A DNA stretch of 64,000 nucleotides from assembly GCA_951406725.2 (NCBI GenBank), contig OX597816.1:118792001-118856000 (forward strand), given 5' to 3'. The notes under the pieces are model-generated. The model ran no database searches. It was not told the origin of the DNA and saw nothing but the letters and a program-made list of their open reading frames with translations. This document shows positions 47,371 through 61,466 of this stretch, piece after piece. Numbering within the stretch: the stretch's first letter is position 1; every line of letters begins with the position of its first letter. Made by a program: the position numbers and the translations under genes. This DNA is from Octopus vulgaris. Its lineage: Eukaryota.

Positions 47371-50300
47371 TAAACTATTTATGATAATAATTATAATGAT
47401 AGAACAGGTTGGGGTGATATGCAAATTCAGATGCATTATTTTGATATATGGCACAAATTTGAGAGTGGTGTGTGTGTGTGTTTGTGAGTATGTAAAGAAA
47501 CAGATAGCACATTAAACGGTATATTAATGTATCCTAACAGAAGCTGTGTAGTAAATGTAATGTTGTTCTGGATGAAAAGAGAGATAAATTACACTGATAA
47601 GTGTGAATTGTGTAACTCACATACACAAAGAAAGGAATAAAAAAGTGGGAGAAGCTAGAAGAGTCATTAGGTTGCTCAGTGAGAATCTTTTCTTCTAATC
47701 TCAGAGATACAATCAATTCGTTGATCCAAATTCTCTTTATCTTTCTTTCACTTATTCCCCTTGACACATAAACACTCTCTTCCAATATGCAAATGGATAG
47801 CTCTTTTACTTTGTAACCAGACATACATATACACACCTTTATGCAATAAAAAAGAGAAGAGTGAGAGAGAAAAGAAGAAAGTGGAGAGAAAATACAGAAA
47901 AATTTCATACGGATTTAGTTAATAGGTTTCCTGAAATAAGCTGTATCACATAGGTCAAGCCAGCTAGCTACCAGTGTCCAGAAATGTTGAAGCCTAAACC
48001 AAACAGTAGAGCTAACACAAGATGTACAATAATATTTGCAGACAAGTAAATTGGTTGCCAAGGCAAGAGTACAAAGTACATGTGAATTTGTCAGGTTTAC
48101 GTGTAGCACAGCTGAGATTAGACACAACAGGTTAATTCAATAGATACACAAACACCCTCACAGAAGTTAGGATTCAAATGTGCTATTGGTAACGAGATGC
48201 AAGAGATTAAAATACACTAACACTAACAGTGTAAATTCTAAGGTTACTTGGAAAACTATAAGGTTGATGGAAGCTCATAGAGAAAGATGAAATATATAAT
48301 TTCTTTTGAAACTATTTTCTTCTGAAGCATATGAAATTTAAGTTGGTGTAAAGTTCACACAGGTAATGTTGTCTTAAGAGGGAACATCTTTGAAAACTAT
48401 ATCCTTTGTTATACACACACATATCCTCTATTTTAGTCATTAAGTCAAAAATTAAACTAACTTTGGAACAAAAATATTGAAGGTCCAATCTATTTATATT
48501 TTCCATTATAGCATAACTCCACTGGTTAAACTTTAAGTCTTAAAACACTGTACTTCATTATCATATCAAAGAAAAGTACATATGGTTGGATTTAAACACA
48601 GTCTCAGTGAATGAAGTACACTGAGTAGTGGATTCTAACATCACCAACCCACGATATTTAATTTAAAATCTTTATTACCATATGAGCTGCAGGGCAATCT
48701 TAGTGGTGGTGCTGGTGACATGAAAAAAGCATCTACTACACACTGCAAAGTAGCATGATGTGGTCCTTAGACCAATCAGATTATGTCAAACCACCAAACC
48801 CATGGTAGCATGGAACGTGGATGTTAAATGATGTTGATTACTGTACCTTGATTTTGAAACAGATATGTTGCGGACTTGGTAAGCAAAAACTGAAAAAAGC
48901 CCATTGTGAGTGTATCGTTATCTCGTAAGTACATTATAGTTGTAAATGATGTCATTCATCTCTCATCTTCCATGAAAAACATGTCTAACCATGGGAATAC
49001 AACATATCTGGAGATATAGCTAGTGCAGATAAAAGTAGCAGAAACAAAATTTAACCAAAGTTTTTTGACATAGTTGAAGAAGGAGTTATGCTGCATAATG
49101 ATAGTGTTGTTGACACTGGCTTAGAAGAATCCTGTCTGAAAGAACTCTTTATCAGTTAAAGCAATCATTTGAAAAGTAAACAGTATGGTTATCCTAGAAA
49201 GGTTATTGTGTCAGGAATGATTTCAATACAGGAGTCTTTTGGAATTAAAAGAAAAAGTTATGCCCAGATTTAATGTTTTAAAGGTTTGGAGAAATTGGTA
49301 ATGCTGACAAGCATCAGCAACATCCTTAACCTTTTGGTATTGAGATTACTGTCAAATGTAATGCTTGTTTGTTCACATTGTTTTGCATTAGCCATGCGTT
49401 ATATTGCAGCTTGGAGATTTTGATGATGTCTTGTTTATTTTTTTTAGAATGGCATAGTAGGGCAGGTGTGAAAGGCCAAATCTGGCAGGATTGAATATAA
49501 AATAGGTGGAATTTTTGTGCTGAATATGGCTGGTTTAAATGTTAAAGGGATAAAGTTGTTCAGTACCTGAAACAAATTGAATCAAATCACTAATGGAGAC
49601 ATGAATGAATTAACTGCTTTGTTGTTTAGGACCTCAAGGCAATAATGGTTAGGGGAAAAAAAAAAAAAAGAAAACCACTCCTATAACTTACATGGGAATG
49701 CAATGCAGAATAAGTAATTCAATGATTCCTGATTGGGAAAATCAACTATTTTAGGAATACATCTAGTATGAAAGTAGAAGATTGTATCTAGGACAACATT
49801 AACCAATGTGCTTACTTTTTTTTTATTTGAGGAGGATATGCTTGTTATTTCTAGCAGTTTGCGTGATTACATATATCTAAAATTGGGCTTGTAGAATCTG
49901 CACTGTAGTTAATAATAGTACCAACTTTATATGAATGGTACTATCAAATGTGATGTAGTTCCTAATTAAGCAATTTAAATTGTTATTTTTTTTTTTAATT
50001 CCAGGCACAGTGTATCTAATGTGCTCTCCTATTTCTAAAATAGAAGGGTATAATTAGAGGAAAATTTGGCTATTTGTAGTAGGTTGAGTAACCAAGCAGA
50101 GGATCTCCCTTTTGACCATAAAACAAACAGTGCAATATGAATGATAGTGGGTTGAGAACTGTGCTTGAGTTGAGTAAAAAACAACTGGGATTGAGCAGTC
50201 CCATGATCCATAAGTAGACAGTAAAATAGCCAAAAGATCTGTTGTTCTGGACATGCCATGTTTCTGCCTTTTTGGGAATCACATTACATGTTGACACACA

Positions 50301-50510
50301 GTGATTAATATAGGAAAGACTGTGACAGTCTGGATATGTTTTACTCACACCACAGTCAGGTCTGTTTTTGTAAAAATAAATTCTTGTGAAGACTGCAGTA
50401 GAGGTAGGCACAGAAGACATGGTCATAACATAACAATTACTGTTCCTCGGCAATTATGATTGCTCTGCACCCCAGCTAATGCTTGGAACTAGTAACGGGA
50501 CTGTTCATAT

Positions 50511-50578
50511 TCAGTCCACTGGTGGCAAGAATATGCTGAGAGGAAGAACCCAGCATATTCTTGCCACCAATGGTCCGA
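50511..50578 (-). other. Pre-miRNA-like hairpin
   Basis: 19-bp perfect inverted repeat (50520-50538 / 50551-50569); on the minus strand it extends to a ~30-bp stem with G-U pairs, one mismatch and an 8-nt loop. Confidence 0.45.
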
Positions 50579-51147
50579 TGTGGAGGCAGTGAATTTGAAC
50601 TTGAGATCATATTGGTTTGACAAGCTTACTCTGCCTCACTAGCTCAACATGCCTTGGCAGAGGGAGGCAGTTTTTATGCTCACACCCAGGAGTATTTAAG
50701 TTAATTACATCAACTCCAGTACTCAACTGGTACTTATTTTATCAACCCTGAAAAGATAAAAGGCTAAGTTGACCTAGTAATATCATAGCTATTTTCTCTG
50801 TTTGTTTGCCTGGGTTATGAAAAGAGTGTGATTATTTTCAATGTTTTTTGTAGTGGTTTTCAGAAGTTTTGAATATGTGTCGGACAGTTTGGAGGGCTTT
50901 TTTTTTTCATACAATAACAGAGAATGTTTGCTGTGATTCAGCAAACCATGCACCTTTCATCACCAGACATTCCTTCACTTTTTAGTATTTTTGCTTTTGC
51001 ATTGTTGTGAAGATGGTCTTTAAATGCCATCAGTGCACAACCTGTGACGGATGCAAAGTGCTCATTCTGAGTATAGGCAGAATGGTACAAGAACTTGCAG
51101 ACTAATTGGGAATGAAATTAGAAACTATTGATCCAAGACATACTTAC

Positions 51148-51301
51148 AACAGATAGAATGTCCACCGATCATCATCAATATCAATATATGAAGCAGCATC
51201 AATGAAGAACAAAAGGAATGTTTGCAAGCGTTCATGATAATTTTTGAAACCAGGAGAAAGAACAGAGGCTTTGAATACTTCAAAAGTACGTTCACAATTA
51301 T
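51148..51301 (-). CDS. HAT1: HAT1 coding exon (154 nt): (D)NCERTFEVFKASVLSPGFKNYHERLQTFLLFFIDAASYIDIDDDRWTFYL
   Basis: Acceptor tttcag, donor gtaagt; conserved YHERLQTFL..FI..AS.ID.DD.RW motif. Confidence 0.96.
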
Positions 51302-53289
51302 CTGAAATTAGCAAAAGCAGAAGAAGAGATTAACAATCAATAAGTAATACACCCTAATTGATGGGTAATCATACACAACATGTAAAGTGGTATATGAGCA
51401 AGGAATGACAAACATTGGGTTTCAATTTTCATTCTAGATTTTATTTGGTATCTATGTAGTTGTTTAGCTCCAGGTCAGACAATCAAGCCAGCCTGTGATC
51501 AAAGGTAATCCAGTCATGGTCATCCTGCTTTCCTTTTTTTACATATTTTAAAATTTATTTATTCACACTTAGCATTATATATAGAACAAAATTAATCCAT
51601 ATACTTTAACCATTTTTCTTCAAGAGGGTAAAGTGTAAAATGAGGGAGATTTGGCTGTGCTTTCTGAGTAGGTTGCCTCATACTTGTGTAAGAGAAAAAG
51701 AGGATGTGTGTGTACTTTTGATCAAGTACTGGGGTTGATATGTTTGCCTAAGCCCTTGAAGACGGTGCTTCAGCATGGCCACAGCCCAATGACTGAAACA
51801 AAAGGTAAAAGGCAAAAGACAAGTACAGCATCACAAAATCTTTGATAGGGAAGTGGTAACCATAACTGATGATATAGGCTCCCTCACCATACTCATCTGG
51901 TACTTTAATTTTATTGAAACCTGATGAATGAAAGGCAAAATGGATTCCAGCAAGATCTGAACTCAGAACTTGATGCTTCTTGAAATTTGCGACCAGTGCA
52001 GTTGCTTCACCACCTCTTTAACGACTCATTCACTGTTCCTTCCTGTGCATTATTCTATGCACCATTTGTACAATTCATGCACATTTGCCTACTTTTTTTG
52101 ATGAGTTTTGGTGTGCCTGGCCACTGTATACAATAATTTCATTATTATTATTATTATTATTATAATAATAAGCATGATGGGCGTATTGCTTAGTGGTATT
52201 TCGTCTGCTGCTCCGTTCTGAGCTCAAATTCTGTTGAGGTCGACTTTGCCTTTCAGGGTCAATAAATTAAGTACCAGTCAAATATTGGGGTCAATACAAT
52301 CGACTATCCCCTCCCCCAAAATTGCTGGCTTTGTGGCAAAATTTGAAACCATTATTGTCATTAAACGCCACAAAGATTTTTATCTGTTACTCACTGTACT
52401 TATTGGTAAGGCTACACATTGACTAGGATGTTCAATAAGGTTAAGACACATTCAGTATTGTCTTTTGTACTAATGAAAATGTAAAATGATCATATTAGTT
52501 TTCAAGTAATATAACTTTCCTCTTCTGCCACAATTTAATCTTACTATTAGTTTTTAATGTTCTATGCATATAAGTGCTCCCACCCACTTAACTATGAAAA
52601 CAGAAACAACCATGTTATATATCATAGGACTTAATGATTCTACAAATGATTCTACAAAGATGCCAAGAGAGACATGGTACAATCAGAAAATTATTCCATA
52701 AGACTTCTATATAATTTTTAATAGAAAATAATGAGACTAAGTAAGGGAGAGAACTAAAATAACAGAGACACTTGATTTTATTCATGGTAAGTTGACATAG
52801 ATTAATAAGAATGGTAAATGGACACAGAAGTTGCAATTTTCAAGCCAATATTAAGAGCATAAGCAATGTAATTTAAACCGGTCATGGGTAAACTGCACCC
52901 AGTAAGACTTCCTGAATGGTATAGCCGATGAAAAATTAGCTTGAATTCTTCAGTTGGCCTGTCTAATAATGAGTCATATCTCATGCAGCTTGCTTCTTGA
53001 AAAAGATTTGCCCATATTCAATTTAAACAGCACTGATTAGGCAGTGAAACAAGATTGACTGACTTGAAACAGAACCATGCTCTGATATGTGATCAATTCA
53101 TGGAATATTCTTTCTGTGGAGCCCAGTAAACAACAGCTCCTGATCCGTCTGGGTTAATTAGCAAGATGCCAAGTAACTTGGCATCTCCACAACCGAACAA
53201 AGATTCAGTTTTATCTAGTTCTTAGGGGCTCTCATCCTGTTATCACTATGAAGCTGGAAGCTGATGTTATTGCTCTTGCTCAGAAAGCC

Positions 53290-53700
53290 TGCCAGGGACT
53301 GATAAAAACAAGCAGAATCTGGTTTCCCAATTTGGGCAAAATGACAGAAAATGTCAGAAGTTGTAAAGCTTGTCTCTACTGTAAATGAGCTCCCTTTCAG
53401 AAAGCCCATGACAGAATTTGTGCATGGACTTTAAAGGACCTATTGAAAGGAAATCCCCTATATTTTTCCTCCTAATAGATGAGCACAGTCATTTCCCTGA
53501 AATAGAAATTGTCACAATAACCTTGGTGGATTTGATTCTGAAGTTTCATATAGTGTAATGCACCTATGGTATTCCAAAGGTCGTAAAAAACGATAATGGA
53601 TCTCCCTTCCAGTCAAAGGAATTCAGGAAATATGCCAAGCTGCAAGATTTCATACATAGGTGAATTGAGCCAGAATACCGTGAGAGCAATGGACTTACAA
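53290..53700 (+). pseudogene. Gypsy/Ty3 LTR retrotransposon integrase remnant
   Basis: ACLYCK...LCMDFKGP...LIDEHSHFPEIEIV...YGIPKVVKNDNGSPFQSKEF...ESNGL (rve core) with in-frame stops. Confidence 0.82.
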
Positions 53701-54161
53701 CAAGTGTCAGCCCAGCTGAAAATTTAATTGTACAATCACACCAGCCAATGTGATTCAGCCATTAACAGAAAGCAAAAAATTTGTTTCATAAACAAAACCA
53801 TGTTACTGACTACCAGATACATATTGGCAACCATGTGCTCATAAAACAAAAGAAGTCTACAAAAGGGAACAGGCTAATCAGAAACTAATCCATAATGCAT
53901 TCCAGTAGAAATATCTCCTGGAAAGAGCAGCATGTGTGTGCCTTACAGGGAGAAAGGTAAAGGAGTACAATGGAAATAGTGACAAAGAGGATCTGGGCCT
54001 GCTGATCACGAACCATCTACAGAAAGCCAAAACACAATCTACAAAGGCAGCAGCAGATGTCAATCAATCATCAAGTAGTGTCAGAACTGCGATACAGCAA
54101 TAGAAATCATTGACCTCTGCCTCATCTATGTGCCTATCTTCAGAACTGAGATGGGTAGAGG

Positions 54162-54452
54162 TGTGATATTATGAGAAGTTCTAGTTTAAGAGATAGGGAG
54201 TTATCTCCCTTGCAGGACAGGAAGTAGGAGAGAATATAAATGGTGGTTTCCTAGAATGTATGAGGGCAGCCTCTTGTGAGTTTCCCTGTGGCGCATATGA
54301 ATTCGGATATTGATGTAGAATGTTCATAGTGGTATCTCCAATCTATGGACTATATTCCCAGGAAGGCAGCCTATTCTTTGACGCGAATCCAACCCTACTA
54401 TTAAAGAAGTCATTTCAATGGCATCTCTGTATATGGCTTGCAGCCTCTTACA
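54162..54452 (+). mobile_element. Probable 3' LTR of the Gypsy element
   Basis: Purine-rich PPT-like gagatgggtagagg immediately before TGTG; ends TACA; attaaa signal near 54400; no matching 5' LTR seen. Confidence 0.55.
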
Positions 54453-54469
54453 CCTTATTTCTTTTTTCC

Positions 54470-55310
54470 TTTTTAATCTACCATTAGACTACTGAATGTG
54501 GAACCCAGTCAAAAGCCTTCTGTAGGTCAACAAATGCTAGGTGAAGTGGCTTATTACTCGTTAAATACTTTAGTAGCTGCCTCACTCAAAAAAGGCACAA
54601 ACCTCATCTCATCCAGGTTGATTTACTTCTAAATATGTTTGTGCTGTAACTCTTTCAGTACCTTTTATAACTGGTTCATCAATTCGATGCTTCTGCAGTT
54701 ACCACTCTCTAGAACGTTTTCATTGTCCTTGCTTTGTAATGACACTGTTACACCAAAGTTGAGTATGATATGTCCTACGAAGTGGTATCAAAAGTTTCAA
54801 AGTCTAGTTCTGTAGCGTGCCAACAGATAGCAGGACACGGTTGTGTGTGCAGTGAGAGCTAGCAGTGACCTTCATGAGGCAGTGTACTTCACAAGTTGTG
54901 AAATTTGTGCTTTTGTGATCATGTTTATGCTGTAGTCTGTGATTTTGTCATGGACAGGAAGTTGGAACAAAGAGCCAATGTGAAATTTTGCATTAAACTT
55001 AGTACCAGTGTATTGCTGCACAAAGTAGCTATTTTGAAGGAGATGATGTTAAATCGTAGGTAAATAAGTTATTTGATTAAACATAACTAGTTCAGGAACT
55101 TTTTTATATCACCTAGTACTCTAACTAGATATTTCTTATCCCTAATGGACCAGCTCAGCAGCCTTCATTTCCTTAATCATGCTTTTGACCACACAACTGT
55201 CAACTGCTGATCTACTTGACATTCCCCTCATACAATGGCTTGCAATAGCATTTCCATGTCTCTTTCACTTTGGTATAATTGAGAGCCAATATACCACTAA
55301 CATTCTTGTG
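54470..55310 (-). mobile_element. Old RTE RT remnant interrupted by a mariner MITE
   Basis: VRQLLKYLTSNKPLHLAFVDLQKAFD at about 54510-54590, homologous to the RT at 41418..41648. Confidence 0.65.
54778..55116 (+). mobile_element. Internally deleted mariner (MITE-like)
   Basis: TA|cgaagtggtatcaaaagtttc ... gaacttttttatatcacctag|TA; start MDRKLEQRANVKFCIKL (ATG 54950) fused to C-terminal CIAAQSSYFEGD. Confidence 0.8.
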
Positions 55311-57204
55311 GCATCATGTAAAAAAAAACAAACACCTGTGCTGGTGCCATGTAAAAAGCACCCAGTACACATTGTAAAGTGATATGTGTTAGGAAGGGCA
55401 TCTAGCTGTAGATACCAAGCCAAAACAGACATTTGAAGCCTGGGTAGCTCTGCAGTTGACCAGCTCCTCTCAAACCATCCAAACCATGCCAGCATGGAAG
55501 ACGGACATTAAACGATGATGATGATACTATAAACACTCCTTCACAATGATGCTTCTGAGCCTCATGTCACTGAACATATGCAAACATGTTACACTAGGGT
55601 TCTCATTTTGCTAAATATAACACACGTCCAGCTCATCTTCTACCTACATGACACTGCCTTCTCTCTATTTTCTTGTAATCTTTCAATGACTGTTTAGAGT
55701 AAAAATCAATAGCATAAATCTTACGAAATTGGGATATTATTCTGAAGACTATTTTCAGTTTGATCCTAATTAATAGGTTACTTTATATTTTCATAGGAAG
55801 ATTATATATATATATGCCAAGTGGTTGGTGTTAGGAAGGGCATCCAGCTGTAAAGATCCTGCCAAAACAGTTACAGAGATCTGGTGCTGGCTTCTGCCTG
55901 GCTGGCTCTTGTCAAACTGTCCCACCTATGCCAACATGGAAGGCAGATGTTAAACAATGATGATGATCCTGTAAATCCGTTAATGTGAAACGTGTTTGAG
56001 TGTGCTCATAAAAGCTCTTATGCTATTTATCCTGGCTACCACCTATTGTTCCCATCTTCCAGAGTAAATTTACAGGAATGTTATTAGTCTGGTGCTGTTA
56101 TAGCATAGGATGGATATAGTATTAACAAGAACTCTTGGATGGAAATTCATAAATCCTTTAATGCATTGCTATGTATGCTTCCACATCCATAGGATTTTAC
56201 AACAGAGGTAGTGTGCAAGAGAGAAGACTGCATTGGTATGGCCACGTAATATGTATATATAAATGAAGACAGTTGCATCAAGAAGTATCAATCTCTAATT
56301 GTAGAGGGAACGTGGAAGGGGTAGACCCAGGAAGATTTGGGATGAAGTGGTGGGAAAAGATTTACAGACGTTTGAACTCACAGAGGGGATGACAGAAGAC
56401 CAAAATTCCTGGCGGTTTGCTGTGCTTGCACCTGCATACAGGCTCATCCCCTGCAACCCTCTCCAGCTGAGAATCCCTAATTTTGTGGGCTTGTAGGTAC
56501 TGGTACCATGTAAAAATCACCTGTGCTGATGCTGCGTAAAAACACCCAGCACACTCTGTAAAGTTAGGATGGCGTTAGGTAGAGCACCCAGCTGTAGAAA
56601 CAATGCCAAAAGACAGGGAGCCTGAATAGCCCTTCAGCTAATCAGCTCCAGTCAAACTGTTCAAACCATACTAGAATGGAAAACGGATGTTAAATGATGA
56701 TTGGTAAATTCCATGGATTTTTAAGGTGAATATTAATACACGTGTTTGTTTCCTCAAGCAAAAGTTGTATTATTTGTAATATCCTATGGATGAGGAATAC
56801 AACAACTAAAGCATGGAGTTTGTGCAAATGTATGTAGGAATGCTTTTAAAGGATTTACAAATTTCCATCCAAAGTTCTTGTTATTGCTATATATTATATA
56901 TATGTTGTTCTTTGGTGCATTTCCATATCAAACTTGATCGAGAAGATTTATGTTCAAAGGAAATCCAAATGTGATCTAGCCTTTTATTTAGATACAATGT
57001 ATGTAGGACTACATTATTTAATCACAGCTTGCTCTTTTATCAGATAGCAAGCTGTGATTTGAAGGAGAGTAATTATATACTTGTGTAGTAAACACACTGG
57101 AGTACAGGCAAACTCTATCAAACTGAATATATAAACCAGTTACAATAAAAGTAGGATATATTATACATGAGTCATGTTGTCAATGCTTCTGAGAAAAAAG
57201 CATG

Positions 57205-57319
57205 CTGAAACTTCATCCAGGATCACATTCTGAAACTTCATCAAGGGTCACATCCTGAAACTTCATCTAAGGCCACATCCTGAAACTTCATCTAGGGTCA
57301 CATCCTGAAACTTCATCTA
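57205..57319. repeat. 25-bp minisatellite (about 4.6 copies)
   Basis: Unit ctgaaacttcatc(t/c/a)agggtcacatc starting at 57205, 57230, 57255, 57280 and 57305. Confidence 0.9.
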
Positions 57320-57690
57320 TGATTACAAGCAATTTTATTTCTTTACTGTAAATTAATATCAAAAACAAATAATGAAGATATATAATTTGCTAAATTTTGC
57401 AGGAAAGATAGTAGTGGAATTTGGGCTTTTGAACCCAATAGATAACACCTACTAAATTGACAGTGGATGGTGCATGTAGTAGAAGGCCCTCCCATCTCCT
57501 AAAAGGGAAAAAAAGCTGAGATGACATCCAAATCCGAAGAGGTTGGTCTAGAAGTGCCATTGATGAAGAAAGTAAGGGGAAGAGTCATCAAAGAAAAATC
57601 TGATAAGTAATGACACTGAAGAAAGACATGCAAGAAATTGCTACAAAACGATGTGAATGGAAAACTTAATCAGAGTGAAGCAGTACTAAC

Positions 57691-57832
57691 CTTTATGAAT
57701 TTGATATGAATTTACTTTTTCTCCAGGGGGTCTGAACAGGTGTTCTTTTTCAAGTGAACTGACAAAGTCATCAATATTGGTCAGGTAACCTGGGGGCATC
57801 ATTTCTGCTATGGGTTTCTCAACATCGTCGGC
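57691..57832 (-). CDS. HAT1: HAT1 coding exon (142 nt): ADDVEKPIAEMMPPGYLTNIDDFVSSLEKEHLFRPPGEKVNSYQIHK
   Basis: Acceptor gttgtcag, donor gttagt; similar to vertebrate ADDVEGKIRQIIPPGFCTN..DF.S.LEKE..F.P.G. Confidence 0.94.
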
Positions 57833-60800
57833 CTGACAACAGAACAAGATGAGAGGTTATAACAGAAGACCAGGTTACATTTGGGTAAAATGATTAACAC
57901 AAAACCTTTTTAAAATTAGGGAGAATAATTAACATCCAGATACATATAGAGGTAGCAAGGGTGAAGCCATACTGCTAAATTATAAATACAAAAAAAAACA
58001 ACAAAAAAAACATCAGAGAGTAACACAGTCTGGTGGAAGAAAGTGCAACCAAGTAAAACTTAAAATCAAATGCAGTGAAAGACAATCCATTAATGGGGTG
58101 AAACCAGCTCATCATATTCGAAGTATATATTACATTACCCATATCTATTGAAAGTCTGAAGAAGAAAACTAAATATTAATTATTTAATTAGTACTAATAT
58201 AACCACAATAACTATGATCACACTGGACTCAAAGGGTTTATGATAACCATGGACACAAAAGAGGCAAAGAAAAAGACATGTGGCATGTTCAAATAAAAGT
58301 TTCTTTACATTAGCATTTTTGGAATATGAAATTATGTATATGTTTTTGTTTACTTCAATACTATCTCTGATACAAAGGAATTGCTCAGTCTTTTTCCTGA
58401 AGTTTTGGCAATAGTAAGAATTACATTTCTTGCTAGCCATTCCTTGTGTCTGTTAAGTGAAAGTAAGATAAGTTCTTTTGTTTTTGTTAGGTAATATGCC
58501 AATTCTTATATGAAACATAGCATTACCAACTGAATCAGTGCACAACTTGGAACTTCTTGGCCTAGAGGGGACAAAAGATTAGAGACAGCTTCTGCAAGAA
58601 TTGAACTTAGTACACAGATGGTAAAACTAAATATTGTAAATATTTAGTTTGATGTGCTGCTTAATTTTGTTTATTTGCAACTTACTTGTAGAGAAAGTTT
58701 AAGTAGCCACTAAATTCAGAGTTGGTCTTTAGAAAAAGTGGGGCTTTGATCTTAAAACTTATGAAGGAGATGACAGAGGACCAAGATATGTGGCGCATTG
58801 CTGTACTAAAGAAGACTTGTCCACCAAAACAGAATTCAGATCCTAAAACCAAAGTGCTTCATAAAAAGCATTGGTGTGGGTGCCATGTAAAAAGCACCCA
58901 CTACACTCTGTAAAGTGGTTGGCATTAGGCAGAGCATCCAGCCATAGAAACCGAGACAAAACAGACTATGAAACCTGATGCAACCTCTGGCCTAGTCAGT
59001 TCTTGTCAAACTGTCCAACCCATGCCAGCATGGAATGGATATTAAATGTTGATGATGATCCATGTCAAAAGTATTTCAGATGTGGCATATTTTATGAGTC
59101 ATTTCTCTTTATCAAGTTATGAAAGATATAATCCTTGATTTACTACAACAGAGAATATTGTTTTTGGAAACAGCTTTTGTGATGCCAGTCCTTTACTGTA
59201 ACTCAGGTTTGAACCCGAAGGATCATATGTATTATTTTTACACAAAAGAAAAGCAAATGAACAATTCTTAAACTGGATAATTTCACTTTTGGCTATTGTG
59301 AATAATAGACTGTTCCAATAAGTATTATAACAGAAAGAGTTAATTTGCTATTTTGTTCATCTACAAACTTGCCAAGTCTCATTTGGGTATTTATACAACC
59401 AGCTTTTGATGATACTCTTACCAACAAATACATAGAAAGTTACCAACTACGATTTTGAAGTTATCTGGTTGGCATTTCATCCTTACAGTACCGAACAGAT
59501 AACTGCAAGTTGTTTCAAGTTACACAGCTTGCACATCCTTCATTTCCTTGTACAGACTAAAATAACAATTACCGTGCAATGTACACTCACAAACCATTTT
59601 ACAGCTATGCAGCTTAAAATTAATTGCAAGATATAAACTGCAGCTTATAGTTGCACATTCTTCAACCTACATTGCATTAACAAAATCTCTACTTCAAATA
59701 GAACTCTTAATTCAGCTAGTCTCAATAAGAGATTTGTGTTTAGGTGAGTACCCAAAGCAAAAAAAAAAAACCCCACATTTTTGCCACTTCATGTAAATGT
59801 ATGTTTATTTTCTATCTCTTTCTTTTTGTGCTGTATTAAAAAGGATATTGTAAAACTGAAAGAACAGTAATACACAAATACTCTGTATAACACATTTTCT
59901 ATACATGAATTAATAAACATTGACATACAAACATTTGTAAGACTCATTTTTAAGAATGTATTTATGTGCTTTGCTCTTTTTTTTATATATAATTAACACT
60001 AATTACTGTTTTATAATAATTATCCCTTATCCTACCATTTAGCATTAGTAGGTCTATACACTACAAGGCAGTGCTCCAGCATGGCCACAATCAATGAAAC
60101 AAGTAAAAGAATATGTATATACAATCACTTCATTTGTTGTCTTCTTTTTACCACTATTCAATGTTATTTTCTACAATCATAAACCTTACTTGTATAGAGT
60201 AAATCAGTTATTGTTATATAATTTACCTCAATGCAGTGCAATGAAGGTCAATGGTATGCAAGGAGTTAAGAGAAAGAAAAAATCTAAAAACAACCCAAGA
60301 AAATATATATCTAGTTTGAGTATAAAAACTAGAACTACAGCTGATTATGTTGCTAGAGTATTAGTTTATGAGTTGAGGCATCAGCCTATAGAAAGAAGGT
60401 TCAATCCTATGGTTGCACTGTTTCTTAGGAAAAAGTACTGAACTATGAATGGTTCAAGTCACCTGGCTGCAGGTAAACAACAAAGTGGAGTTTGATTCAC
60501 AGATGTAAGCAGCAAGGGTAACGAGAAGAGAAGAGTGCTTCATTGGATGTGGTCTGCTTCAGTCCACCTGGTTAAGAAGGCACAGGCAAAGCTGAATGGT
60601 GATGAATTCTGCTTCTCATCATGAGGATCAGAGTTTGATCTAACTGTATGATACTTTGAGCATGTCTTCCATCATAGACTTAGGTCAGTCCAAGACTGAA
60701 ATTAGGCACATGGAAACTGCTAGATGGATTAAATATAATTAAAAGGTCAGTCTTGTCATACTCTGATCCACAAAGATTTGGTCTGAGAGTTACATTAAGG

Positions 60801-61466
60801 GAACAACTGTCTAAGGAATAATCAGCCACTTACATTGAACAAGGAATCCTTTTACTTGAAGGCAACCGAAAATCACTCCAGTCTTCGCCTGAAGATAAAC
60901 TGTTTCAGTGGTGCTTCATTGATCAGCTAAGTTATAGATGCTACTCATTATCATGAAGTAAAGTAAATAAAACTAGTCCAAAAACCTAAATGGTAAATGT
61001 ATAGTAACAAATATTTTAATCAAGGTAACATGATAACATGCCATCATTCTTTCCTGAGAGTGTGACTAGTGTCGAGATTATATTATATCAATTAACATGG
61101 ATGAGTTCTCTAAAAATGCCCTTGTTGACTTCCAAGAATCATCAGTGTTAGCTGACTGCATATAGTGTCTCTTGAGTAAATCAGTGTAGCTGAACCTTTT
61201 CAAGACATAAAGACGAAAGGAGGTAAATTCACTAATAAATGTAACGAAACATTTGTTGACTTTACAATGTATCCATTATTTTACAGCAATGAGTTGTCCC
61301 TACTAATTTATTTTGCAGCAAAGCAAATTGAAAACTTAAAGAGGTGTGTTGGCCATGAACACAATGCACTGTAGGTTTCAAAATATGATCTACTAGTGCC
61401 TTTATCAGTTGCCTAGCACCCTAGTAATTTGGGCATCTGTGGCTCTATATCAATAAACATACTCAC

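Noticed and set aside
57205-57319. CRISPR-like spacing of the repeated ctgaaacttcatc
   Set aside because: Intervening 12-mers are near-identical rather than unique spacers, the period is only 25 bp, there are no cas genes and the context is a eukaryotic intron: a minisatellite.
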